DNA of 35,353 bases from a virus (lineage: Duplodnaviria > Heunggongvirae > Uroviricota > Caudoviricetes). The notes under the pieces were generated by a model. It was not told where the DNA came from. It did no database searches and saw nothing but the letters and a program-made list of their open reading frames with translations. Positions 1-8,617 of this stretch are shown piece after piece. The DNA is taken from the IMG/VR virus record IMGVR_UViG_2563367158_000002. One strand, given 5' to 3'. The position numbers were made by a program, and so were the translations under genes. The first letter of the stretch is position 1. Every line of letters begins with the position of its first letter.

Positions 1-1362
1 ATGTTTAAACCGGAACTCCTTTCCCCGGCGGGAACGCTGAAAAATATGCGTTACGCTTTCGCTTATGGCGCAGATGCTGTTTATGCGGGCCAGCCGCGTT
101 ACTCCCTGCGTGTACGCAACAACGAATTCAACCACGAAAATCTTCAGCTCGGCATCAATGAAGCCCACGCGCTGGGGAAAAAGTTTTATGTCGTGGTCAA
201 CATTGCACCGCACAATGCCAAGCTGAAAACCTTTATCCGTGACCTGAAACCGGTGGTGGAAATGGGGCCGGATGCGCTGATTATGTCCGATCCAGGGCTG
301 ATTATGCTGGTGCGTGAACACTTCCCGGAAATGCCAATCCACCTCTCGGTACAGGCTAACGCCGTAAACTGGGCGACGGTGAAATTCTGGCAGCAAATGG
401 GTCTGACCCGCGTGATCCTCTCTCGCGAACTGTCACTGGAAGAGATTGAAGAGATCCGCAATCAGGTGCCGGATATGGAGATCGAAATCTTCGTTCACGG
501 CGCGCTGTGCATGGCCTACTCCGGTCGCTGCCTGCTCTCTGGCTATATCAACAAGCGCGACCCGAACCAGGGCACCTGCACCAACGCCTGCCGCTGGGAG
601 TACAACGTCCAGGAAGGGAAAGAAGATGACGTCGGCAACATCGTACACAAGTACGAGCCGATTCCGGTGCAAAATGTTGAGCCGACGCTGGGTATCGGCG
701 CGCCAACCGACAAAGTGTTTATGATCGAAGAAGCCCAGCGTCCGGGCGAGTATATGACCGCGTTTGAAGATGAGCACGGCACTTACATCATGAACTCGAA
801 AGATCTGCGCGCCATCGCCCATGTTGAACGCCTGACCAAAATGGGCGTGCATTCGCTGAAAATCGAAGGCCGTACCAAATCTTTCTACTATTGCGCACGC
901 ACCGCGCAGGTTTACCGTAAAGCTATCGATGACGCCGCTGCGGGCAAACCGTTCGATACCAGCCTGCTGGAAACGCTGGAAGGTCTGGCGCATCGTGGCT
1001 ATACCGAAGGTTTCCTGCGTCGTCATACCCACGACGATTATCAGAACTACGAATACGGTTATTCGGTTTCTGACCGCCAGCAGTTTGTTGGTGAGTTTAC
1101 CGGTGAGCGCAAGGGGGAGCTCGCGGCGGTAGCGGTGAAAAATAAATTCTCCGTTGGCGACAGCCTTGAGCTGATGACGCCGCAAGGCAACATTAACTTT
1201 ACCCTTGAGCATATGGAAAACGCCAAAGGTGAAGCTATGCCGGTCGCACCAGGCGATGGTTATACTGTGTGGCTCCCGGTGCCGCAGGATCTTGAGCTAA
1301 ATTACGCGCTGCTGATGCGTAATTTCTCCGGGGAAACCACGCGTAACCCCCACGGTAAGTGA
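1..1362 (+). CDS. yegQ: Host U32-family peptidase-like protein YegQ (TrhP, tRNA hydroxylation)
   Basis: 453-aa ORF from ATG at 1 to TGA at 1360-1362; sequence recognised from memory as E. coli YegQ; ordinary host GC content. Confidence 0.9.
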   Translation: MFKPELLSPAGTLKNMRYAFAYGADAVYAGQPRYSLRVRNNEFNHENLQLGINEAHALGKKFYVVVNIAPHNAKLKTFIRDLKPVVEMGPDALIMSDPGLIMLVREHFPEMPIHLSVQANAVNWATVKFWQQMGLTRVILSRELSLEEIEEIRNQVPDMEIEIFVHGALCMAYSGRCLLSGYINKRDPNQGTCTNACRWEYNVQEGKEDDVGNIVHKYEPIPVQNVEPTLGIGAPTDKVFMIEEAQRPGEYMTAFEDEHGTYIMNSKDLRAIAHVERLTKMGVHSLKIEGRTKSFYYCARTAQVYRKAIDDAAAGKPFDTSLLETLEGLAHRGYTEGFLRRHTHDDYQNYEYGYSVSDRQQFVGEFTGERKGELAAVAVKNKFSVGDSLELMTPQGNINFTLEHMENAKGEAMPVAPGDGYTVWLPVPQDLELNYALLMRNFSGETTRNPHGK

Positions 1363-1393
1363 TTAATTTCGATTATTTTTCCCGGATGGAAAA

Positions 1394-1439
1394 TTCTTAG
1401 AAACCGATCACATACAGCTGCATTTATTAAGGTTATCAT
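1394..1439 (+). promoter_or_regulatory. cyaR promoter with CRP-like site (ttcttagaaaccgatcacatac, 1394-1415) and -10 tatcat (1434-1439)
   Basis: TCACA half-site centred about 41 nt upstream of the CyaR 5' end at 1447, the class II CRP position; CyaR is known to be CRP-cAMP activated. Motif read by eye, not scored. Confidence 0.5.
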
Positions 1440-1446
1440 CCGTTTC

Positions 1447-1533
1447 GCTGAAAAACATAACCCATAAAATGCTAGCTGTACCAGGAACCACCTCCTTAGC
1501 CTGTGTAATCTCCCTTACACGGGCTTATTTTTT
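1447..1533 (+). ncRNA. cyaR: CyaR (RyeE) Hfq-dependent small RNA
   Basis: Sequence gctgaaaaacataacccataaaatgctagctgtaccaggaaccacctccttagcctgtgtaatctcccttacacgggcttatttttt matches CyaR as I recall it; ends in a GC stem (gcctgtgtaa/ttacacgggc) plus U-tract; lies between yegQ and ogr as in E. coli K-12. Confidence 0.85.
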
Positions 1534-1534
1534 A
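1507..1534. repeat. attL core, 28-bp direct repeat (aatctcccttacacgggcttatttttta)
   Basis: Identical copy at 34681-34708; its reverse complement contains the P2 core AAAAAATAAGCCCGTGTAAGGGAGATT as I recall it; overlaps the 3' arm and U-tract of the cyaR terminator. Confidence 0.85.
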
Positions 1535-1597
1535 CGCGTAATACAATGAAATAAAAGGATTTATTTCTGGTCACGTCCACACATTGACCACATCGAC

Positions 1598-1621
1598 AAA
1601 AAAGCCCCTCGACTGAGGGGC
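1598..1621 (-). terminator. Rho-independent terminator downstream of ogr
   Basis: Minus-strand hairpin gcccctc-agtc-gaggggc followed by TTTTTT (plus-strand A-run 1598-1603), 14 nt past the ogr stop. Confidence 0.7.
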
Positions 1622-1634
1622 TTCCTGTTTGTAA

Positions 1635-1853
1635 TTACATCCACATAATTTGCTGTCCTGACGGCAACGGGTGCGGCCTTACGGCGTGGACTTCTCCCGG
1701 CTTCACAATGTATCGCTGTACCGACTCATAAGTGATGAACGTGGCGCTGCAATTCACGTTCTGGCACTGATGATAACGCTCTTTTGTCGTGTCAGTGATA
1801 TAGCGACTTGTACGCGCATGTGCGGCATGCTGGCATAAAGGACAATGAAACAT
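1635..1853 (-). CDS. ogr: Ogr, zinc-finger late-gene transcription activator (72 aa)
   Basis: MFHCPLCQHAAHARTSRYITDTTKERYHQCQNVNCSATF... with the CxxC...CxxC pattern; start taken at the internal ATG that gives the 72-aa P2 length, preceded by ggaagagg RBS; the 93-aa ORF in the track is an upstream extension. Confidence 0.9.
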   Translation of the reverse strand: MFHCPLCQHAAHARTSRYITDTTKERYHQCQNVNCSATFITYESVQRYIVKPGEVHAVRPHPLPSGQQIMWM

Positions 1854-1887
1854 CGCGAGCACCTCTTCCGGTTTTGTTGATGGTGCC

Positions 1888-1916
1888 ATTTTAGTTAATT
1901 TATCCTTATAAAACAA
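1888..1916 (-). promoter_or_regulatory. Candidate sigma70 promoter of ogr (-35 TTGTTT, 17-nt spacer, -10 TAAAAT on minus strand)
   Basis: Read by eye between the D stop and ogr start; spacing is consistent with a transcript starting just upstream of the ogr RBS. Confidence 0.45.
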
Positions 1917-1934
1917 ACAGATAAAATAAAAACA

Positions 1935-3098
1935 TCACTCATCATCTTCTGTTTCATACTCCACATCAGAAAGCCTGACCTCAAGCTCTAAGGACGTCGT
2001 GAAGCCGCTATTATTCAGAAAATGTGTCACCTTAGTGATTGTCCAGTCCTGCTCGTCTATGACGCGCTTAAAGCCTGACACTTTGACCGGTGTTTCCGTG
2101 TAAATATCTGCCCGACCGGTAGCCAGGCTGATGGAGAACTCCGCTACACCCCGTTGCAGTTTATCCCACTTCGCCTGAGCGGCGCGCATGGCCTGCGCTT
2201 TCGTGGCATATACCGTGGTCAGGGCAAAAACGTTATCAGCCTCACCGGCCATGTATTCACCTTCGCGCGCTTCCGGTACTTTAGGCGCTTTCTTCTGCCT
2301 GATCGGTTTCGCTTTCGGGTGCTCCAGTGCGCGCAGGTGTTTCTCTTTCTTTTTGCGTTTCAGTTTTACCTTCTGCTTTTGCGGCTTCGGGTCTTTGGTG
2401 TGAAGCCACTTTGCCGTTACGCCGGTATAGGCTCCACGGTCAGCAATCGCAAAATGATGACGGTCTCCGTCGCTGCGGGTGATGGTAATCTGCGGGATTT
2501 TTTTACCGCTGGATGTCACCCCCTGCCCCGCTTTGAGAAACAACAGTTTTCCCATTTTTACCGAGACCTCACCGCCGTTGCGTTCTGCAAGACGGGTCAG
2601 GAATTTCGCATCAGACTCCTGCGACTGGTCGATGTGCGGAATTTTAATTCCGGCCAGTGACGGAGCGACACTGGCTTCCAGCCTGTTACGGGAGGCTATC
2701 GCCTCAACAATCGCACCGAGCGTGGTGTCATGCCATGAGCCTTCCCGGCGGGAATTGAGCGTCCCGCGAAAATCTGCACTCCGGGCACGGATGGTGACCA
2801 CATCCGGCGCGCCCCGGTGTTCAACCTCATCAACGGTAAATTTCCCTTTGCATACCAGGGCAAAACCTTTCCAGCCGATATACACCGTCAGGACAGCGCC
2901 ACGAACCGGCAGCCCGACCTGCCCGTCGGCATCGTTCAGTTCAATATCAAGCTGGTCAGCCTCAAAGCCCCGGTTATCCGTCAGGGTCATGCTCATCAGA
3001 CGGTCGCTGATATTGCCGGTAATATCCCTGCTGTCGAGCATCAGCATGTAATCCGGCGTCAGCGTACTGCCTGCATCAAATGTCAGCGTATCCAGCAT
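1935..3098 (-). CDS. D: Tail protein D (387 aa)
   Basis: P2 gpD length and sequence (MLDTLTFDAGSTLTPDYMLMLD...); start overlaps the U stop. Confidence 0.93.
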   Translation of the reverse strand: MLDTLTFDAGSTLTPDYMLMLDSRDITGNISDRLMSMTLTDNRGFEADQLDIELNDADGQVGLPVRGAVLTVYIGWKGFALVCKGKFTVDEVEHRGAPDVVTIRARSADFRGTLNSRREGSWHDTTLGAIVEAIASRNRLEASVAPSLAGIKIPHIDQSQESDAKFLTRLAERNGGEVSVKMGKLLFLKAGQGVTSSGKKIPQITITRSDGDRHHFAIADRGAYTGVTAKWLHTKDPKPQKQKVKLKRKKKEKHLRALEHPKAKPIRQKKAPKVPEAREGEYMAGEADNVFALTTVYATKAQAMRAAQAKWDKLQRGVAEFSISLATGRADIYTETPVKVSGFKRVIDEQDWTITKVTHFLNNSGFTTSLELEVRLSDVEYETEDDE

Positions 3099-3577
3099 TA
3101 TCCCGCCCCCGTCATACCCGTGAATTTAGTTGCCATACTGCCCGCCTTACCGATGAGCGATTCCGCCTGTTTACCGATATCGCCATAAAGCGCGGCCAGT
3201 GATTCATCTACGCGGGTAAGTGACAGCGTAAAATCAATTTTCCGAGGTGTGCCGTCGGCAAAGAAAATACTCCCTGTTTCACTCACCCTGCTGATGACAT
3301 ACATGCCGTAAATCATGCCGGTGCCATCCAGCAACGGCCACGCCCGGCCTTCCTCTGCCATCAGCCTGAGCGTGGTCATCGTCAGCTTTCCGCCGGTCAG
3401 TTCGGGATAAAGCACACCGGCAAGCGTGATGTTTTCCTCGCCAACGCCGAGAAACTGGTAGGCATCCCGTTTACCGATACGGGAATTTGACGGCCAGCGA
3501 TAATCAGATTCACGCTGCATGGTCTGGTGTGGCAACGTCTGGCGCATAAAAACAAACATACCTAACGCGAGCATCAT
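3098..3577 (-). CDS. U: Tail protein U (159 aa)
   Basis: P2 gpU length and sequence; conserved position between T and D. Confidence 0.93.
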   Translation of the reverse strand: MMLALGMFVFMRQTLPHQTMQRESDYRWPSNSRIGKRDAYQFLGVGEENITLAGVLYPELTGGKLTMTTLRLMAEEGRAWPLLDGTGMIYGMYVISRVSETGSIFFADGTPRKIDFTLSLTRVDESLAALYGDIGKQAESLIGKAGSMATKFTGMTGAG

Positions 3578-3591
3578 TTTTCGTCACCTCC

Positions 3592-6039
3592 TTAACCGTC
3601 ATGCATCATGCTGGCACGGGCGCGCGCACGTTTATCCCGCTCGTATTTTTCGAGCGCATCCTGTAACTGGCGGTCAAGCTGTGTCCCCGGCGCAGTACCG
3701 CCCGTCAGGTTGATGTGATATTCGTTTTTACTCTGGTCCACATAAGAGCGACCAGCCGGTGCCGTGACCGGCTGATAAGCCTGATAGCCTGCATAAGAGC
3801 TGGTCGCCGGAATATAACCGCCGGTGCCATACGTGGCGGCATGAGTCCTTGCGGCGGTCTGGTCAAGTGTGTCTGACTCTTTGTTGATAACACCGAGTTT
3901 TTCCAGTACCCAGTCAATACCGCTGCGCAGTTTGTTGAACGCATTAAGCGGCAGCATCAGCGCGTCAGCCAGTGCCTGCCCGAACATGACGCCCGTGTCA
4001 CGGCAACGGTTCAGGGTGTCCTGGGTGGCTTTAACCGGGGCAATCAGGTTTTTAAACCACTGCCACGCGGCCTGTAACTTTTCACCCAGCCAGTCAAACA
4101 GCGGCTTAAGTGGCGTGAACAATTCCCCCACCGGCGCAAATGCCGCTTTCAGCCCTTCAACCACACCGCCAAAGAATGCGCTGACAGGCTCCCAGTATTT
4201 ACGGATAAGTAACGCTCCGGCGACAATGGCGGCCACCACGGCCACTACCGGCCAGCTAATCGCCCCGATGGCCGTCATAACGGCACTGCCAACCGTCGTG
4301 AAAATTGCCCCCATTGCGCCTGCTGCAGCGATGATGGCATTGATGCCGGTGATAACCGGCCAGGCTACAAGACCAATTGCACCGATGATGCCAGTAAGCG
4401 CCAGTGCGCCACCGGCAATGATGCCGATGGTTGACGCCAGTGATTTGTTTTTCTGGATCCAGCCGTCGAGTTTTAACACATACTTTGTGGCCGTCTGCGT
4501 GAGATTACGCAGTGCGCCTTCCTGCTGGTCAAACAGGTCTGTCCCCACCGCCTCATAAGCGGACTGAAACTCCTTAAAGTCACCTCCGAGATTGTCCTGC
4601 ATGATATTTACCAGCTCTGCAGTTTTCCCGTCTGAGGCTTTAAACGCAGCGGTCAGTTTGTCCAGCTTTCCGGTTGAGGCGGCAGTCATCAGCACGGCGG
4701 CGGCTGAACTTGCCTCCTCCCCGAAAATGGTTTTCATGTATTCAGCCTGCTGGGCAGTACCGAGCCGGTTTTTCTCAAAACTGGCCTGCATTTCTTTCAG
4801 AATGGTAAATACTGGTCGGGTGTTTCCCTTACTGTCTGAGGTTTTCACACCAAGCTCTTTGAGTGCATCCCATGCTTTTCCCGTCGGTGCCTGCAGGCGG
4901 CTTAACACGGCACGGCTTCCCGTCCCCGCCATTGAGCCTGTGATTTTTGCATCATGCAGCGCCCCGACCATTGCGGCGGTTTCTTCAATGCTGACACCGG
5001 CATTTTTTGCCACAGGTGCGGCATAGGTCAGCGCATCGCTCATGCCGTCAAAATCGGCGGCGGTTTTGTTCATCGTCATGGAGAGAACATCCCCGATATG
5101 AGCGACCTTATCGTTTGAAAGCTGAAAGGCAGATTTCATCCCCATCAGCAGGGCGGCGTTTTCTTCCATCGTGCGGCGGTTCGCCAGCGCCATATTCAGT
5201 GTAACCGGCGTTGCCGCCTGAATGGCATCAACATCCCCACCGGCTTTCGCAATGATAATCTGCGCACCGGCTGCATCATCTGCCGAGGCTGCGGTATTGT
5301 CGCCGAGCTGGCGCGCCTGTTTGCGTAATGCGGCCATTTCGGTGGAGTCTTTTGCCACTCCGAGCACAGCCTGTAATTCTGAGTTTTTCTGCGCAAACTC
5401 ATAACCGGGCATCAGCAGCTTAACTCCGGCCATCGTTCCCGCAGCAGCAATCCCCACACCGGCAGCGCCCACTGAGGCCATATTTCCGGCCAGTTCCTTT
5501 CCTGCCTGATAACGCTGTTTGACTGCGTTAAGTTTTGCCTGTTGTGCACTGACACGCGCCAGCGCGTCACGCTGACGGTTAAGCTGTGCGGTGGTTTCAC
5601 TGATACGGTTTTTCAGTCCCTGCTCATCATGTGCAAGATTGCGGGTATTAATTCCCACAACGGCCAGTTCCCGCTGCTGGCGTTTAACGGAATCCGTCAG
5701 GCGGTTATATTTCGCCTGTAAGTCCTCCGCCGCACGCTTTGCGGATTCCAGCACTTTCGCCTGAGCACGGGTCGGTCGTTCGGTATTTTTAAACTGTGTG
5801 GCAAGGGCTTCGGCTTCCTGCCGCGCCTTTTCAAGTGCATGACCAGTCACGGCGAGCTGTGCACTGGTCTTGCGGAACCCCTCAATACGGGATGCGTGAC
5901 CGTTCAGCTCGCGCAGTGATTTTTGTGTTTCCCGGATATCCCCCGACAGCGACTTGCTCGCTGTACGGATGGATTTAAACGGGCGGGATGCCTGGTCAAC
6001 AGCCCTGAGCAATACCTGTAATTTTACATTGTTACTCAT
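3592..6039 (-). CDS. T: Tail tape-measure protein T (815 aa)
   Basis: 815 aa as in P2 gpT; coiled-coil-rich N-terminal region and hydrophobic Gly/Ala-rich central segment typical of tape-measure proteins. Confidence 0.93.
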   Translation of the reverse strand: MSNNVKLQVLLRAVDQASRPFKSIRTASKSLSGDIRETQKSLRELNGHASRIEGFRKTSAQLAVTGHALEKARQEAEALATQFKNTERPTRAQAKVLESAKRAAEDLQAKYNRLTDSVKRQQRELAVVGINTRNLAHDEQGLKNRISETTAQLNRQRDALARVSAQQAKLNAVKQRYQAGKELAGNMASVGAAGVGIAAAGTMAGVKLLMPGYEFAQKNSELQAVLGVAKDSTEMAALRKQARQLGDNTAASADDAAGAQIIIAKAGGDVDAIQAATPVTLNMALANRRTMEENAALLMGMKSAFQLSNDKVAHIGDVLSMTMNKTAADFDGMSDALTYAAPVAKNAGVSIEETAAMVGALHDAKITGSMAGTGSRAVLSRLQAPTGKAWDALKELGVKTSDSKGNTRPVFTILKEMQASFEKNRLGTAQQAEYMKTIFGEEASSAAAVLMTAASTGKLDKLTAAFKASDGKTAELVNIMQDNLGGDFKEFQSAYEAVGTDLFDQQEGALRNLTQTATKYVLKLDGWIQKNKSLASTIGIIAGGALALTGIIGAIGLVAWPVITGINAIIAAAGAMGAIFTTVGSAVMTAIGAISWPVVAVVAAIVAGALLIRKYWEPVSAFFGGVVEGLKAAFAPVGELFTPLKPLFDWLGEKLQAAWQWFKNLIAPVKATQDTLNRCRDTGVMFGQALADALMLPLNAFNKLRSGIDWVLEKLGVINKESDTLDQTAARTHAATYGTGGYIPATSSYAGYQAYQPVTAPAGRSYVDQSKNEYHINLTGGTAPGTQLDRQLQDALEKYERDKRARARASMMHDG

Positions 6040-6459
6040 TCGTGTTTCCGCTTCGCCGGAGCGCCTTTTCGCGCCATGTGATGAGTTCGGTCAGACTCAT
6101 GGGATACAGTTCTGATGGCGGCCAGTGAAATATCACTGCCACATCCGCCATCAGGTCATCGACCGAGAGATTTTTCGGGAACGTTACTGCACCGAGTTCG
6201 GCGACAAAAAACCGACCACCTTACCGGCCAGCGCCACAAGGTCAGGCAGTTCCAGTGCGGCGACTTCCTGCTCGGTCAGCATCGGTGCAGTCATGCGCGG
6301 CAGCACCTTAATCAGTGCATCGACTTCTGAGTTCGCGACCGCAGCCAGACTGACACCGCGCAGCGTCCCGGCATTGGGTTTCATCAGCGTGACCTGTTCG
6401 ATGACCTGCTCACCACGCTTGACCGGATTGTCCAGGGTAATCACATTTTCTTTGTTCAT
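6032..6459 (-). CDS. E+E': E+E' tail assembly chaperone made by programmed -1 frameshift (about 142 aa)
   Basis: Slippery heptamer T TTT TTG on the minus strand (plus-strand CAAAAAA at 6205-6211); the -1 frame stays open for 57 codons (VAELGAVTFPKNL...RRSGNTNE) and stops at 6032-6034, overlapping the T start ATG. Confidence 0.85.
6184..6459 (-). CDS. E: Tail assembly chaperone E (91 aa)
   Basis: 91-aa ORF MNKENVITLDNPVKRGEQ... at the conserved position upstream of T. Confidence 0.9.
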   Translation of the reverse strand: MNKENVITLDNPVKRGEQVIEQVTLMKPNAGTLRGVSLAAVANSEVDALIKVLPRMTAPMLTEQEVAALELPDLVALAGKVVGFLSPNSVQ

Positions 6460-6515
6460 GGTTTTCTCACTTCTGAATCAGGGTTAACCGGTCAGCCTGG
6501 CTGACCGGATGAAAA

Positions 6516-7034
6516 TCACAGGCCGATATTGCGGCGGTGTTGCTCCAGCCGGTCGACGCCGTTCACCTTCTCAATCATGTTGATGGTGTCGATTTCGACC
6601 AGCTCCTTACCGTCCATCGTCAGCCGGAAATAGGTGCAGACCACGGAGATTTTCGACTCGGTATCTTCTCCCTGTTTCCCCTCGCCGGTGTCGATTTCTT
6701 TCTGACGTCCACGCATGACCACTTCGACGGCCACCGTTTCGCCGGTATCGTCACGCTGGTAAGAGCCTGCAAAACGAATCGGCACAGCATCCACACCGGT
6801 TGCGGCGTAAAGCTCCCAGATAACCGAATCCGGGAAGCCACCGAGCGACCACTCCATTGACAGCGCATCGTCATCAAGGCCGAGGTCTACCGGTGCGCTT
6901 CCGTTCATCCCCGCACCGCGATAGTTTTCGAGTTTACGGGTCAGTTTTGGCAGCGTGACGGACTTTGCAACGCCCTGATAGCTGTAGCCGTTCAGAAAGA
7001 CGTTCATTAACTTGAGTTTGCGCGGCATTGCCAT
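6516..7034 (-). CDS. FII: Tail tube protein FII (172 aa)
   Basis: P2 gpFII length and sequence. Confidence 0.93.
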   Translation of the reverse strand: MAMPRKLKLMNVFLNGYSYQGVAKSVTLPKLTRKLENYRGAGMNGSAPVDLGLDDDALSMEWSLGGFPDSVIWELYAATGVDAVPIRFAGSYQRDDTGETVAVEVVMRGRQKEIDTGEGKQGEDTESKISVVCTYFRLTMDGKELVEIDTINMIEKVNGVDRLEQHRRNIGL

Positions 7035-7046
7035 CGGTCAGGCTCC

Positions 7047-8237
7047 TTAATTGCTGTTAACCGAGGTGACCAGATTTGCCAGATATTTATCGGTGATACG
7101 CTGGCGCAGAGTCAGGTTTTCGAGAGGAGGCACCGGGGTATAGTCGTAGTCGATATACAGTTTTCCGGCCTTGAGGGTTTCCGCATCGTTGGATTCTTCG
7201 CTGAACCAGCAGGTCGCATCCACGATATAGCCGTTTGTTTTCAGCTCACGGAATTTGGCATTGATGCCGTCAACGATGTCGCGAATCAGCGTTGCGGTGA
7301 TGGGCTTGTCCACCGCCCACATGTGCGCCTCAGCCATCGTGTCGGCCATCACCTGCGCGGTGCGGGTGTAGTTTTCAAAGAGGAACAGCGGGTCATCAGA
7401 GCAGGTACGGTTACCCCAGAATCGGAAACCGTCGCGGCGAATCAGCGTAGTGACGCCTGACTCGTTAAGCAGGTCAGCATCGGTGCCGGACTCCTGCAAA
7501 TCCCAGAATACAGATGCGCTGATGCCGGTAACACCGTTTACCCCGACGTTGGACAGCGTTTTATGCCAGCCCTGCTCCTGGTCGATTTTAGCGCGCAGAC
7601 CCAGCGCACGGGCGGTGGCATACGCGGTGGCGGTGGTACTGGTGACCGTATCCCATGCGAGGAAATCCGGCCAGATGACCATCAGCTCACGCTGGCTGAA
7701 ATTCTGGCGATAGGCTTTCACCTCGGAAATGGTCTTACAGCCCCATGCGCTGATATATCCGAAAGCGCGCAGCTTCTGACAGACGGATGCCAGTGCAACA
7801 GCCACCTCTTTGGTATCCAGTCCCGGCACACCGAGAATACGCGGTTTAACACCGGTTACCGACTCCGCCGCCAGCAGGGCTTTTAGTCCGGTGTACTGAC
7901 CGTTTTCGTCGGTGGTGCCGATGATATTGGAAACGGTCTGCGCGAGTTTCGTTTCCTCGTCATCACCGGTGCCGTCTTCCACGCGCACGACAACGGTGAC
8001 CGGTTTTGACTGGTCACCGATGGCCTGCAACGATGCCGCCAGCGTGCCTTTTTTACCGGCCTTTGCAATTGCGCTCTGCACATTGGTAATCAGCACCGGT
8101 TTATTGAGGGGGAAGGTTTCCGCATCCGCATCGCTGGCCGTGCAGACCATGCCGACAATGGCAGTGGATACGGTGGAAATGACGCGGGTGCCGTCGTTAA
8201 TCTCCAGCACCTGCACGCCATGATGATAGTCACTCAT
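7047..8237 (-). CDS. FI: Tail sheath protein FI (396 aa)
   Basis: Start set at the internal ATG giving MSDYHHGVQVLEINDGTRVIS... (P2 FI N-terminus, 396 aa) with ggag RBS; the 445-aa ORF in the track is an N-terminal extension. Confidence 0.9.
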   Translation of the reverse strand: MSDYHHGVQVLEINDGTRVISTVSTAIVGMVCTASDADAETFPLNKPVLITNVQSAIAKAGKKGTLAASLQAIGDQSKPVTVVVRVEDGTGDDEETKLAQTVSNIIGTTDENGQYTGLKALLAAESVTGVKPRILGVPGLDTKEVAVALASVCQKLRAFGYISAWGCKTISEVKAYRQNFSQRELMVIWPDFLAWDTVTSTTATAYATARALGLRAKIDQEQGWHKTLSNVGVNGVTGISASVFWDLQESGTDADLLNESGVTTLIRRDGFRFWGNRTCSDDPLFLFENYTRTAQVMADTMAEAHMWAVDKPITATLIRDIVDGINAKFRELKTNGYIVDATCWFSEESNDAETLKAGKLYIDYDYTPVPPLENLTLRQRITDKYLANLVTSVNSN

Positions 8238-8342
8238 CCGTTTAACTCCGTGGTTAATGGGTGAGTGATATTTTCTGTTGTGCAGAGCATGAGACGCTAT
8301 TTGACCTGGCTGGTCAGTGGATGAAACAACAGATAAAGAAAA
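8238..8342 (-). promoter_or_regulatory. Region expected to hold the Ogr-dependent late promoter for FI-FII-E-T-U-D
   Basis: Position only, by analogy with the P2 late operon structure; I could not identify a convincing activator box by eye. Confidence 0.35.
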
Positions 8343-8361
8343 GGCGGGCAATCCGCCCGCC
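8343..8361 (-). terminator. Rho-independent terminator (GGCGGGC-loop-GCCCGCC then TTTTCTTT on minus strand)
   Basis: 7-bp GC stem with 5-nt loop followed by a T-rich run in the minus direction, between the cargo gene and the FI promoter region. Confidence 0.6.
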
Positions 8362-8551
8362 TGTCCTGATTTGTACTCACTCATTTTCCGACTGACTATT
8401 TAGATAGCCGAAACGCTATCAAATCTGACAGTCTGCTTTGAGCGAGAAGCGGAAGTCTCGGTCTTATTATGTTCTGAGACTAGAAGGTATTTCTTAAGGA
8501 TGATTATTCGTTACGCCTACATATAATAGAAACAGAAATTTAAAGTTTAAA

Positions 8552-8579
8552 TCTAGGTATCTGGCTAATGATACCTAGA
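8552..8579 (-). terminator. Perfect 10-bp inverted repeat hairpin (tctaggtatc / gatacctaga) downstream of the 455-aa cargo gene
   Basis: Perfect palindromic stem with 8-nt loop, followed on the minus strand by T-rich sequence, about 40 nt after the cargo gene stop. Confidence 0.5.
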
Positions 8580-8617
8580 TTGAATTTGAATCATATTTTG
8601 TTAGTTAACTTTAACTA

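Noticed and set aside
433-1212. 259-aa minus-strand ORF inside yegQ, plus other antisense ORFs at 186-461, 446-724, 543-782 and 929-1132
   Set aside because: Entirely antisense to or overlapping a well-supported host gene; low-complexity Arg/Ala-rich translations typical of GC-rich antisense frames.
2154-3188. Plus-strand ORFs of 71-190 aa antisense to D and U
   Set aside because: Overlap strongly supported P2-homologous genes on the opposite strand; no RBS; compositionally biased translations.
3869-5026. Plus-strand ORFs of 229 and 144 aa inside the tape-measure gene
   Set aside because: Antisense to T; Ala/Ser/Thr/Pro-rich translations mirror the codon bias of the real gene.
7047-8384. 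445-aa version of FI with a 49-aa N-terminal extension
   Set aside because: The P2 FI N-terminus (MSDYHHGVQ...) starts at the internal ATG with an RBS; the extension would run through the expected late promoter region.
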